A DNA stretch of 64,000 nucleotides from Gammaproteobacteria bacterium (GCA_965238225.1 OZ250183.1:544001-608000); one strand, 5' to 3'. Positions 1 to 8,885 are shown, counted from the stretch's first letter. The notes: generated by a model from the sequence alone, not told the origin. Made by a program: numbers and translations.

Positions 1-2
1 AT

Positions 3-692
3 TGGGACGATCCTTTGGCTATTGTGATCTACCCTATTAATGGCGATGGTAGAGTGGCGACTGCAAAATACATTAATGATATCAATGAGGAGACTTTTTC
101 AGACATTGAAAAATTTTTTAATCGTGAAGCAAAACGTTATCATCTCTCTATAAAAAAACCTGTTGATATTAATTTATCTAAACAAATTCATGAATTGCCT
201 CCGACACCACCTAAAAACCGTGCGTCAGTTCTGCCAGTTATGATTTGGAGCCTGAAAATGCGTTATTGGTCGTGGAAAATAGATAATTATAATTACTTAA
301 AAGATATTCAGGTGTTTGTTGTCTACTTTGACCCAAAGGTGCATAAAAAAGTTGCCCATTCATTTGGACTACAAAAAGGCTTGATCGGCTTGGTTAATGC
401 TTTTGCAAGCAAGAGAATGTCTAAACAAAATAATATCATTATTACCCATGAAATTCTCCATACAGTAGGCGCATCAGATAAATATGATCCAAAATCAAAT
501 CAGCCTTTATTCCCCATTGGTTTTGCAAAACCAGATAAAGAGCCTTTATTCCCCCAGAAGAAAGCAGAAATCATGGCTGGCCGTATCCCTGTAGACGCAG
601 ATAAAACAAAAATGCCTAAAAATTTAAGAAAAGTAATCGTCGGAGAAGTAACTGCACAGGAAATACAATGGACAACACTAGATGGTAAATAA
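3..692 (+). CDS. Conserved hypothetical protein with HExxH zinc-metalloprotease motif (5' end outside window)
   Basis: Frame is open from position 3 (WDDPLAIVIYPING...); contains ITHEILHTVGASDKYD. Confidence 0.6.
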   Translation, partial: WDDPLAIVIYPINGDGRVATAKYINDINEETFSDIEKFFNREAKRYHLSIKKPVDINLSKQIHELPPTPPKNRASVLPVMIWSLKMRYWSWKIDNYNYLKDIQVFVVYFDPKVHKKVAHSFGLQKGLIGLVNAFASKRMSKQNNIIITHEILHTVGASDKYDPKSNQPLFPIGFAKPDKEPLFPQKKAEIMAGRIPVDADKTKMPKNLRKVIVGEVTAQEIQWTTLDGK

Positions 693-978
693 ATCATTAT
701 GGATAATTAATGATACCTTAATAATTAAATTCCTTATGTTTTCGATTTTTGTGATATGGAGATGATTGTTATTTTGGTAAAGCTTATTATGCAGCAAGGT
801 GTGGGTAGGTAAGTTATTGGCCAAAAACAGGATGACTCTGCGTATCAGAAATATCGTGCTATTTAATTCACAATGTTTAATTATTACATTTTATATTAAT
901 TTTAAGCCTCTTTATAACTGCTACAGATGTTTTTTTACAGTATGAATATTTTGGATAAATGTTGTACATGATAATTAT

Positions 979-1287
979 TTAAGTTCTGGCAATACCGCAA
1001 TTCCAGCAGTCGGTAAACTGACCTTCTATCCTCTCTCCGCATTGACATACCCAAGAAGTTTTATATTCAGTCGATTCCTTTAGCAGCATCCCGATAATAT
1101 TATTCGCGCGGTCATAATCATCATCTTCCAGAACCCAAATTTCAGGCCAACATTCAATGGGAGGTATTTCGCCCATACCTCCAGACAAGCCGAGATTTTT
1201 TATCATGCAAACAATATTTTCTTTTTCAAGAATATCCTTAATGCGCTCTATTATCATGCCGCGTTCTCCAACATAGACTTTCTTCAC
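979..1287 (-). CDS. DUF2007-like putative signal-transducing protein with C-terminal zinc finger
   Basis: GEIPPIECWPEIWV motif; C-terminal WVCQCGE...FTDCWNCG. Confidence 0.75.
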   Translation of the reverse strand: MKKVYVGERGMIIERIKDILEKENIVCMIKNLGLSGGMGEIPPIECWPEIWVLEDDDYDRANNIIGMLLKESTEYKTSWVCQCGERIEGQFTDCWNCGIART

Positions 1288-1513
1288 TTTTTTACCTCTC
1301 GGGATTTAATCCTTGCAATAGCTTATTGCAGAATATCATGTTTGCAAAAGCGGGATTCTAATGAATTGACTTAACGTTTGTTTCAATTTCTTGTATTGTT
1401 ATAGCGTTTAAGTCTATTTAAGTGTTTGCAGAGGTGATGCAGGGGTAATTCAATGAATATTTAATTTTTCTATAGTTTTTCTATTAATTTTTTGAGACAT
1501 ATATACAGATAAA

Positions 1514-1930
1514 TTATTTATTGTCACTAGAGTCGGATTTGTCTAGGTCAATCGAGATTGAATTAATGCAATAACGTAAGCCGGTTGGCTGTGGCCCATC
1601 TTTAAATACATGCCCAAGATGAGCATCGCAGGTATTGCACATTACTTCTACCCGTTGCACCCCATGACTGGTATCAATTTCTGTTTTTACCGCACCTTCA
1701 TTTATTGGTTTAAAATAACTTGGCCAGCCTGAACCAGAATCGTATTTTGCTTCAGAACTAAACAAGGAATTACCGCAACAGGAACATACATAAATGCCCT
1801 TATCTTTGCAGTCATAATATTTTCCAGTAAAGGCAGGCTCTGTTCCTTTTTGTCTGCAAACGGAAACTTGTTCTGGAGTGAGTTTCTGACGCCATTCTTT
1901 TTCAGTTTTATCAACACGATTTTTAATCAT
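1514..1930 (-). CDS. msrB: Peptide-methionine (R)-S-oxide reductase
   Basis: [27 protein letters not shown] and RYCINS motifs. Confidence 0.97.
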   Translation of the reverse strand: MIKNRVDKTEKEWRQKLTPEQVSVCRQKGTEPAFTGKYYDCKDKGIYVCSCCGNSLFSSEAKYDSGSGWPSYFKPINEGAVKTEIDTSHGVQRVEVMCNTCDAHLGHVFKDGPQPTGLRYCINSISIDLDKSDSSDNK

Positions 1931-2006
1931 GAAATTATACCTTTTGTTATTAACCTCTCAAGCTAAGTAGATGTAGATTTATAACTGATCTCAATTAAGG
2001 GTACTA

Positions 2007-2381
2007 TCATCTTGGTAAAAAGTAATTTCTTTTTGCTCTTTTGCAGGCATTATCGCGCATCATTTCATTGTAACTATTTCGTTCTTTAGAATAGGCATCA
2101 GACCAGGTTTGGCAAACCTCTCTATTTATTCTTTGCGCATTAGTTTCTCTCTCTTGATATCTTTTGCGTTGTTTAAGTTGAGATTTTCTTTTCTCTTGTT
2201 GTAATGCAAGATTTCTTTCCAATTCTGCAGCTGTGCGTTCCAGCGCAAGCGATGCTTGTTCAAGTGCAATCTTGGCTTCATATTCAATCCAATATTTAAA
2301 AACTGCACCAGCAGATAAGTTTGCAATAAAAACTGACAAAAGTACTGTAAAGAATATTTTTTTATAGCTTATTCCTTCCAT
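2007..2381 (-). CDS. Integron cassette gene: hypothetical membrane-anchored coiled-coil protein
   Basis: Starts ~30 bp after the attC core GTTATAT (2417-2411); N-terminal TM segment, coiled coil, two C-terminal Cys; no downstream attC seen. Confidence 0.7.
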   Translation of the reverse strand: MEGISYKKIFFTVLLSVFIANLSAGAVFKYWIEYEAKIALEQASLALERTAAELERNLALQQEKRKSQLKQRKRYQERETNAQRINREVCQTWSDAYSKERNSYNEMMRDNACKRAKRNYFLPR

Positions 2382-2410
2382 ACTATTTAATTCTCATTTT
2401 TTATGGTGGC

Positions 2411-2493
2411 ATATAACGCCCGCCTCAGCGGCACCAAAAAGCAGTGGCAGTCCAGCGCAGCTTGCTGCGCGATTGTGCGCAAACTTGTTATGC
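2411..2493 (-). other. attC site (chimeric, 83 bp)
   Basis: - strand GCATAAC-AAGTTTGCGCAC...GCCGCTGAGGCGGGC-GTTATAT; TAA of the upstream gene lies inside R''; left and right arms do not pair. Confidence 0.8.
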
Positions 2494-2764
2494 GGCGTCA
2501 TGTAGTTTTTCTAATATCTTTACGGTTTTAAAACGATATTTCCAAGATAAGTAAATACCGCCTACTAAGGTAACCCACCAAAAAAAGTAAGCACCACCTT
2601 TTGTCCTCGTTAGATCTACGTAAAAGTCAAAAACCATTGTGTCATTTATATCGCTACCAAATAACCCCCCTTGAAACAAAAGAGCTATCGTTTAGAAAGA
2701 GGATAGCGACAATGATTAGAGAACTTAGCCCCCAGCTAATATATCTTAATATTTTAGTGCTCAT
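2488..2764 (-). pseudogene. Integron cassette gene, small two-TM membrane protein, frameshifted at a G6 tract
   Basis: AAGGA RBS and ATG at 2764 (MSTKILRY...); removing one G from AGGGGGG (~2665-2670) joins it to ...GLFGSDIND...LEKLHDAA-stop. Confidence 0.7.
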
Positions 2765-2784
2765 ATCTTTCCTTATTTTAAAAA

Positions 2785-2844
2785 ATATAACGTCTTGCTC
2801 ATCGGCGCAGCTTTTTGCGCGTCCGCTGGAGCTATTTGTTAGCC
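2785..2844 (-). other. attC site (canonical, 60 bp)
   Basis: GGCTAAC AAATA GCTCCAGC GGACGCGCAAAAAGCTGCGCC GATGAGC AAGAC GTTATAT: R'', L'' with extra base, L' and R' all recognisable. Confidence 0.92.
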
Positions 2845-2849
2845 ATTTT

Positions 2850-3134
2850 TTATTGATGATCATTAAGCCATTGCTGTACGAGGTGATCATTTTTAGGACC
2901 CCACTGTGTGCAAATTGCATAGCAAAAACCATTCCGTATGAATTCAAACTTCCATGTCCAGCGATTGACACCATCACGAGATTTTACTGCTTGCCTTTTT
3001 GTTGCTTGATTTTCAGTTGAAGGCACTTTGATAAATAGAGGGAAACCAATTCCAAAAAGGTCTTTTGATGTGGGTTTATTACATAGTTGTTCTAGCTCAT
3101 GGTCTGCGATGGATTTCGCAGCAGACGAGATACT
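2850..3134 (-). pseudogene. Degraded cassette gene (95-codon open frame without a start codon)
   Basis: SISSAAKSIADHELEQLCNKPTSKDLFGIGFPLF...YAICTQWGPKNDHLVQQWLNDHQ-stop ends 5 nt before R'' GGCTAAC; cassette start GTTAGCC (3308-3302) is complementary to that R''. Confidence 0.6.
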
Positions 3135-3301
3135 TTATTGTTGTTCTATTTACTTCATAAGAAGGGCCGAGCCTAGGAATTTCAGGTTGCTGAATCAATA
3201 ACGACCGTTTGTGGGCCATGTCTGCGATTTTAGGAATTTCAATAGTTGGTCATTGATCCTTTATTTTTTTCGAAAAAATCAAGTGTAAATTCTGTTTTTA
3301 T

Positions 3302-3345
3302 GGCTAACTATTAGTAGACATCCTAATATACTATAAAATACCACA
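3302..3345 (-). other. attI-like recombination site inside the cassette array
   Basis: - strand ...TGGTATTTTATAGTATATTAGGATGTCTACTAATA-GTTAGCC: R core plus a degenerate L box and no attC palindrome. Confidence 0.4.
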
Positions 3346-3368
3346 TGCCTTCACCGTTCTCTTTAGCG

Positions 3369-3426
3369 GCCTAACCTTTGAATTCAGCGAATTGCATAAG
3401 CAGTCGACTGGAATGATTTGTTAGCT
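3369..3426 (-). other. attC site of the nirK cassette (58 bp)
   Basis: AGCTAAC AAATC ATTCCAGT CGACTGCTTATGCAATTC GCTGAAT TCAAAG GTTAGGC; begins 4 nt after the nirK stop. Confidence 0.88.
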
Positions 3427-3430
3427 GTTT

Positions 3431-4546
3431 TTAGTTTTTGATAGGGCTAGGCTTTTTAACCTGCTCCATCAAATCATTATTCCATTTACCTTTAACTTGA
3501 ACATGTGCCACACCACCGAGTATGAATGCCTGAATTAAATCATGATTTAAATAGGCATATAAACCTGGTTGTTTAAAGGTGTAGATAGCGGCGACTGCCT
3601 CGCCACCATTCACATGCCAAGTTTCTCTATCAACAGTTGGGGTGTTTCTAAACGAACCACCTGGCCAAACTAAATCCCCATGACCACCTATTAGATGAAT
3701 GCGGGAATCTTCATTAGCTTGTGAATGAATAAATAAAACCGTTTCGCCCACTTTAGCTTTCATTGCATTTTTACCCGTTAAGGCACCTTTTTTACCGTTA
3801 TAAGTTACATGAGTTGGTACCAATCCACGCATAACTTTTAGGGTGTCGCCAAAAGGCTCTAGTGCATTTGAATATCGTTTATATTTACCATTTTCATCTT
3901 GTGGAATATACCAACCCTGCTCACCAATGTAATAGGCTCTATCATAAGTAACATTTTTACCTTTATTGTCTTTTAGTCCATCTTTTGGCAAAATCATAAT
4001 TGCCCCATACATTCCTGAAACTACGTGATAAGGTATCATAAGCCCACCTGGCGCACAGTGGTAAACATAAGTGCCTGGTTTGTCTGCCTTAAAACGAAGA
4101 ACTACTTGCTCACCTGGGGATACTTTAGTCAAAGCCCCGCCACCAAGAGCACCAGTTGAGGCGTGAAAATCAATGTTGTGCAGCAATAAATTGGTTTTGG
4201 GATTTTTGAGTGTTAATTCAACATAATCACCTTCATGCACGACCATGATTGGTCCTGGATTAGTGCCATTAAAAGTCATTGCTTGGACAAAAACACTTGG
4301 TTCAATTTCAATTTCTTTTTCTTCAATTATCATTTCCATTTCAATAATTCTAGGTTTACCAGAATATTTTTGTTGATGTTTGGGTAGAAAAGGTGGCACA
4401 ACTAGGATTTGTTTCACTCGCTCCAAACCTTTGATATTTGATTGAACGCCAATATCAGCAATATAAGGTTTCGAATTTTCACCAGAAAATAATGATGATG
4501 AAAATAACATTGACGCACATAGCAAACTTATTTTTAAATTTTTCAT
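3431..4546 (-). CDS. nirK: Copper-containing nitrite reductase, carried as an integron cassette
   Basis: [32 protein letters not shown] and YLNH motifs supply type-1 and type-2 Cu ligands plus catalytic Asp/His; N-terminal signal peptide; GGAG RBS. Confidence 0.96.
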   Translation of the reverse strand: MKNLKISLLCASMLFSSSLFSGENSKPYIADIGVQSNIKGLERVKQILVVPPFLPKHQQKYSGKPRIIEMEMIIEEKEIEIEPSVFVQAMTFNGTNPGPIMVVHEGDYVELTLKNPKTNLLLHNIDFHASTGALGGGALTKVSPGEQVVLRFKADKPGTYVYHCAPGGLMIPYHVVSGMYGAIMILPKDGLKDNKGKNVTYDRAYYIGEQGWYIPQDENGKYKRYSNALEPFGDTLKVMRGLVPTHVTYNGKKGALTGKNAMKAKVGETVLFIHSQANEDSRIHLIGGHGDLVWPGGSFRNTPTVDRETWHVNGGEAVAAIYTFKQPGLYAYLNHDLIQAFILGGVAHVQVKGKWNNDLMEQVKKPSPIKN

Positions 4547-4633
4547 TTTATTTCTCCAAAGCCCTCAATAAAAAAACAGTTAGATGTGAGGACAGCCACA
4601 TAACTTGTTATTAGATTAGATGAGTTAACTAAC

Positions 4634-4725
4634 ACCTAACGTTGTGTTAAGGGGCGCAAGCCGCATCGCGATGCAGCTTTACTGCGTCCAGTGCCGAAGG
4701 CGCTCAGTTGATTGACTTGTTAAAC
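4634..4725 (-). other. attC site (chimeric, 92 bp) between the TIR and nirK cassettes
   Basis: GTTTAAC-AAGTCAATCAACTGAGCGCCTTCGGCACTGGACGCAG...GCGCCCCTTAACACAAC-GTTAGGT; R'' GTTTAAC is complementary to the TIR cassette start GTTAAAC. Confidence 0.85.
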
Positions 4726-4758
4726 GTTTTTCTTGCCACGTGCCAATGGAATGCTAGC

Positions 4759-5516
4759 CTATTTGTCTCTTTTCTTTTCATGCATTACGCCTTGGATCAC
4801 TACCTGCTTGTTTGTTGGTGAAGTGACCTCGACCAAAAAAGGAAAACCGGGAACAGTATTTCCATCTACGCCAATAAATTGCGCATTGTAGGTTTTGCCA
4901 TCGCTTAAGGGTATTATATTTTCGTGAAAATTAGTGGTAAACATATTACCAGATTTATATTGAAATTCGACATCATCTTTTTCCATGTTGGTTAGAAACA
5001 TATAGTGCGATACGGGCTCTAAGTAATGTTCAGCATGAATTTCAACGAATGTTTATTGGAATCATCCTCAGTAAATTGACATGCTTTAAGATTTGAAAAC
5101 TGTTGAGAATCGAGGTTGAAGGTATTGTGCCCAGATAGAACATCTACCATTTGGCGAATGGCGACTTCGAAGCCATTGTTAAATAGGTCTATGTTGAGAT
5201 TTTGCATTAGTATAGGTGGCATCAAACAATCATCAAGTCTGACAGGTATTATTTTAATATCGCCGTTTACCTTTTTCATTAAAGCATTGTGCCACTCTAG
5301 CTTGACCATTTCGCTCTGAAGGCTATTTCTGGAGACAAAGAGAAAAAAAAGCTTAGAGTCACCAAGCCCTTCATTCATTTTGCCTACAATGCTGTTCCCG
5401 GGCTGTATAGACCAAGAATCGTAAAATACATTTTCCTGACCGACAGCATCACGCAATCTTAATGCTACCCGTTCAACTATGGCCTTGTCCCTGTGATTGT
5501 ATGATATGAATATCAA
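4759..5516 (-). pseudogene. TIR-domain cassette gene with C-terminal domain, split by a 1-nt frameshift near 5053
   Basis: IFISYNHRDK, VFYDSWSIQPGNSI and VKLEW TIR motifs; adding one A at AATAAACA joins 5019..5516 to ...FVEIHAEHYLEPVSHYMFL of 4759..5001. Confidence 0.8.
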
Positions 5517-5539
5517 GGTGCTTTCTCCTTGGCGTGTAC

Positions 5540-5556
5540 GTTTAACGCCGTATTCA
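5540..5556 (-). other. Right half of an attC site (R' core) truncated by deletion
   Basis: - strand TGAATACGGC-GTTAAAC directly abuts the intI remnant. Confidence 0.6.
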
Positions 5557-5565
5557 TTTTTGGTG

Positions 5566-5723
5566 CATGTTTTGCGGAGTTTCTTTTGCTACGCACCTTT
5601 TAGAGACAGGCTATGACATTCGTACGATTCAAGATTTATAGGGCATAAGAATGTAGAACCCACAATGATTTACACCCATATACTAAAATCTGGCGGGCAA
5701 GGTGCTCAAAGTCCATTAGACAA
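5566..5723 (+). pseudogene. intI: Integron integrase C-terminal remnant
   Basis: [50 protein letters not shown]: tyrosine-recombinase box II with the IntI-typical GYDIRT and SPLD end; two frameshifts; 5' portion missing. Confidence 0.9.
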
Positions 5724-5730
5724 TACTTCG

Positions 5731-5910
5731 ATGAATTTTTCAAATACTGAATTTGCGTTAATCTGGCTGATTTTTATTTGGACTGGTTTTGTACGTGCAG
5801 GTTTGGGTTTGCCATTAATGTTGTTAATTGGTGCTAACCCTATTTATTGGTTGCCTATTATTAGCATTCATTTGTTGTTTTTTCATCCCTCACTTTGTTT
5901 AAGTCTTTAG
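5731..5910 (+). pseudogene. N-terminal remnant of a TauE/SafE (TSUP) family transporter
   Basis: [32 protein letters not shown] resembles the TSUP start GFVRxGLGFGGA with an internal deletion; frameshift, then truncation. Confidence 0.5.
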
Positions 5911-6113
5911 TTGGCTGTGCCTATTTTCAGTAATATCAGGATATCTTGTGCGCAGCTTTGACTAAAGCGCACATAGGAAATACCTGTGGCATTTCGATTT
6001 CTTTCGATTTTAGTTGCAGATCGCTTTGCATATGTTTAGCGTTATCCTTATCCAAAACAGGACTAACATTCAATGCAGTGTTGCCCACATTAATGAATAA
6101 GATAGAATAAATT

Positions 6114-8885
6114 ATGGATACGGAAATTAGACATTCTATTGAGCAGGAATTCACCATTGTGACGCCAACCAAGCGTCTTAGTCGAGCGTTACGTAAGCAA
6201 TACATCTCAAAGCAGCTATCAGAGCAAAAGAAAACTTGGGAGACACCAGATATTCTGCCTTGGGCTGTGTGGATATCGCGTATCTGGGATGATTTTACAA
6301 CGCAACAAGACTCAGCCCCCATGTTACTTAAGCCGCAACAAAGAAAATGGGTCTGGCAAAAGATTGTCGCTGAATCCAGCATTGCTAAGGAATTTTTGCA
6401 ACCTGCTGCTGTTTACCACTTAGCCTATGATGCTTGGAAAACCATGTGCCAATGGCAATTAGATATATTTCCAGAAGGTCTTTGGCTTAATAAAGATAAT
6501 CTTGCTTTTAAGTCATGGGTTACAACCTTTCAACAACAGTGTAAAAAACATAATTGGTTGGATATCGCCAGTCTCGAAGGGTATTTATTAAACGATGTCT
6601 CACAATGGGCAGCATATAAAGCCGAAAAAATTCATCTGTTTGGATTTGATGAACTGACACCAGTTCAAGAAGCCTTGCTTAAAGCAATGCAACAAGAAGG
6701 TTGTAAGATTAAACAAGATGAAATTAAACAGACCGTTTACGCTCGCAATACAAATAAAACTGTAAATCTAAATACAGTAATTGTAAGGCGAGCCTATGCA
6801 GACACAAGGCATGAAATAAAAGCTATTGCATATTGGTTAAGAGAACAGCTAAGTTTAGATAGCAGTGCTTCCATAGGTGTTGTTGTTCCAGATCTGGAAA
6901 ATCTGCGCGCAGACATCGAAAATATTTTTGATGATGTACTCACACCTTGCAATCTATTTGCAACCGACAGCGAGATAAATAACGCTCGTCCTTATAATTT
7001 TTCTCTAGGAAAACCCTTGTCAGATTATCCAGTAATACATACTGCTTTTGAAATTCTTGGGTTGGAAAAAAAGATCATCTGTTTAGAAGATCTAGGTGCT
7101 TTATTACGCTCGCCGTTTCTGGGCGGAGCAGAAACAGAAATGATTGCCCGTGCCGAACTAGATGCGTATTTAAAAGAGAAGGGGGAGCCAGAGGTATCTC
7201 TCACTATTTTTCAAAAATATTTAGAGAAAAATGAATTATGGTCAAAGCAGTGTCCGCAATTCATCGCATCATTACAAAAATGGCATGAGGTTCTTCAGCG
7301 ACAAGCAGAAAAACAAACTTGTATAGAATGGATTAAATCCTTCATTGACCTATTAAATACATTTGCTTGGCCTGGTGAACGCAATAAACAAGGAGATGAA
7401 TTGCAAACCATAGAAACATGGAGAGGATTATTCGATCAATTTGCGTCTTTGGATCTGGTATCGGGTAAATTAACCTATCATGGCGCACTGTCACTATTAC
7501 AAAGTCTGGCACGTGAGCAAATCTATCAAGTAGAGTCAGATGAAGTCCCGGTTCAGATCATGGGCTTGCTCGAAGCCTCTGGCTTGCAGTTTGACAAGCT
7601 CTGGGTCATGGGTCTGCATGAAGAAAAATGGCCATTAATGGCTAGGGCTAATCCTTTTCTGCCAGTAAAATTGCAAAGAGAGAATAATATGCCTCACGCT
7701 TCTGCTGAGCGTGAGCTGGAATACGCACGCGGGGTAACGTCGCGTTTAGAGGCATCGGCAAACGAAGTATTTTTCAGTTCACCTTTAAATGAAGCCGGAA
7801 GAGCATTAAAACCGAGCCCTTTGTTAAAACATTTGCCATTGCAGAAAATAGAACAATCTTCGTATTCTGATTATGCAGAGATGATTTTCGACTCCAGTAA
7901 AATGGAATATTTTTATGATGATGTGGCACCTGAAGTTAAAGAATCAAAAGTGGGCGGCGGCACGACTTTATTTAAGGATCAGGCTGCTTGCCCATTTCGT
8001 GCCTTTGCAAAACATCGTCTTGGTGCCAAGCCGTTGGCTAAAGTAGATATTGGTTTAAGCGCGATACAGCGCGGTCAGTTAGTCCATGAGTGTTTGCAAT
8101 TATTTTGGGAGAAAATTAGCACTCATGAAGAATTAATAGGGTTATCAGATGATGCGCTGCAATTAAATATTAATCAGTGTGTTGCCAAGGTTGTTAAACA
8201 TTTTCAAGCAAAACATCTATTTATGGTGACTAGGCGATTTATGTTGATCGAACAAGGCAGGCTAGAAAAGATGATGCATGAATGGTTATCATTGGAAAAA
8301 TGTCGCCAACCTTTCACTGTTGTTGAAAGAGAACAAGAACACGCTTTCACCATTGAAGGTTTAAAGATTCAAACCCGCGTCGATCGTATTGATCAACTCC
8401 CCGACGGTAGTTTTATTATAATCGACTATAAAACTGGCATGTTGTCCTCACTAGCAAAATGCTGGATAGATGAGCGTCCTGATGAACCACAATTGCCGCT
8501 CTATGCCGTTAAAGCGGAGGGTAATATTGCCGCTGTGGTCTTTGCTCATATAAAACCGGGCGAAATGAAATTTGTTGGCTTGGTTGACGATGTTTATGCC
8601 CAAACCACAAGCGATGATGCAAGTGCAAAGGCAAGTCAAGCATTAATTCCAGGAGTACAAACATTAAAACAAAATAGAGCCATTAAAGAATTTCCTGATT
8701 GGGAAAGTTTATTTCTATTCTGGAAAAAGCGCCTACAAACTCTTGCAGAGAATTATCGCAAAGGAGATGCGCATGTTGATCCACATAAGGGAAATAATAC
8801 CTGTAGATATTGCGGTCTAGAAACCTTGTGTCGCATTGATGAGATTGGTAAACCACCTATTTACTTATCGGACGATGACGAGTGA
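6114..8885 (+). CDS. AddB/RexB-like DNA repair subunit: inactive helicase fold plus PD-(D/E)xK nuclease with Fe-S cysteines
   Basis: QAACPFR, RVDRID, IIDYKTG, PQLPLYA and CRYCGLETLCR motifs; overlaps the downstream helicase. Confidence 0.85.
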   Translation: MDTEIRHSIEQEFTIVTPTKRLSRALRKQYISKQLSEQKKTWETPDILPWAVWISRIWDDFTTQQDSAPMLLKPQQRKWVWQKIVAESSIAKEFLQPAAVYHLAYDAWKTMCQWQLDIFPEGLWLNKDNLAFKSWVTTFQQQCKKHNWLDIASLEGYLLNDVSQWAAYKAEKIHLFGFDELTPVQEALLKAMQQEGCKIKQDEIKQTVYARNTNKTVNLNTVIVRRAYADTRHEIKAIAYWLREQLSLDSSASIGVVVPDLENLRADIENIFDDVLTPCNLFATDSEINNARPYNFSLGKPLSDYPVIHTAFEILGLEKKIICLEDLGALLRSPFLGGAETEMIARAELDAYLKEKGEPEVSLTIFQKYLEKNELWSKQCPQFIASLQKWHEVLQRQAEKQTCIEWIKSFIDLLNTFAWPGERNKQGDELQTIETWRGLFDQFASLDLVSGKLTYHGALSLLQSLAREQIYQVESDEVPVQIMGLLEASGLQFDKLWVMGLHEEKWPLMARANPFLPVKLQRENNMPHASAERELEYARGVTSRLEASANEVFFSSPLNEAGRALKPSPLLKHLPLQKIEQSSYSDYAEMIFDSSKMEYFYDDVAPEVKESKVGGGTTLFKDQAACPFRAFAKHRLGAKPLAKVDIGLSAIQRGQLVHECLQLFWEKISTHEELIGLSDDALQLNINQCVAKVVKHFQAKHLFMVTRRFMLIEQGRLEKMMHEWLSLEKCRQPFTVVEREQEHAFTIEGLKIQTRVDRIDQLPDGSFIIIDYKTGMLSSLAKCWIDERPDEPQLPLYAVKAEGNIAAVVFAHIKPGEMKFVGLVDDVYAQTTSDDASAKASQALIPGVQTLKQNRAIKEFPDWESLFLFWKKRLQTLAENYRKGDAHVDPHKGNNTCRYCGLETLCRIDEIGKPPIYLSDDDE

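Larger units (their letters stand above)
2007..5723. mobile_element. Degenerate chromosomal integron: 3' intI remnant on + strand with a divergent cassette array on - strand
   Basis: IntI C-terminal remnant at 5566-5723; attC sites at 2411-2493, 2785-2844, 3369-3426 and 4634-4725; half attC at 5540-5556; all cassette genes on - strand. Confidence 0.9.

Noticed and set aside
2601-3020. ORF-track calls 2601..3020 (+) and 2654..2977 (-)
   Set aside because: They read through attC 2785-2844; the real coding frames are the cassette genes on either side.
4700-4725. Possible FNR/NnrR box for nirK (TTGATTGACTTGTTAAA)
   Set aside because: It does not fit TTGAT-N4-ATCAA spacing and is explained by the attC arm.
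5665-5910. 81-aa ORF as a single gene
   Set aside because: It is an accidental read-through of the IntI tail into a transporter stub.
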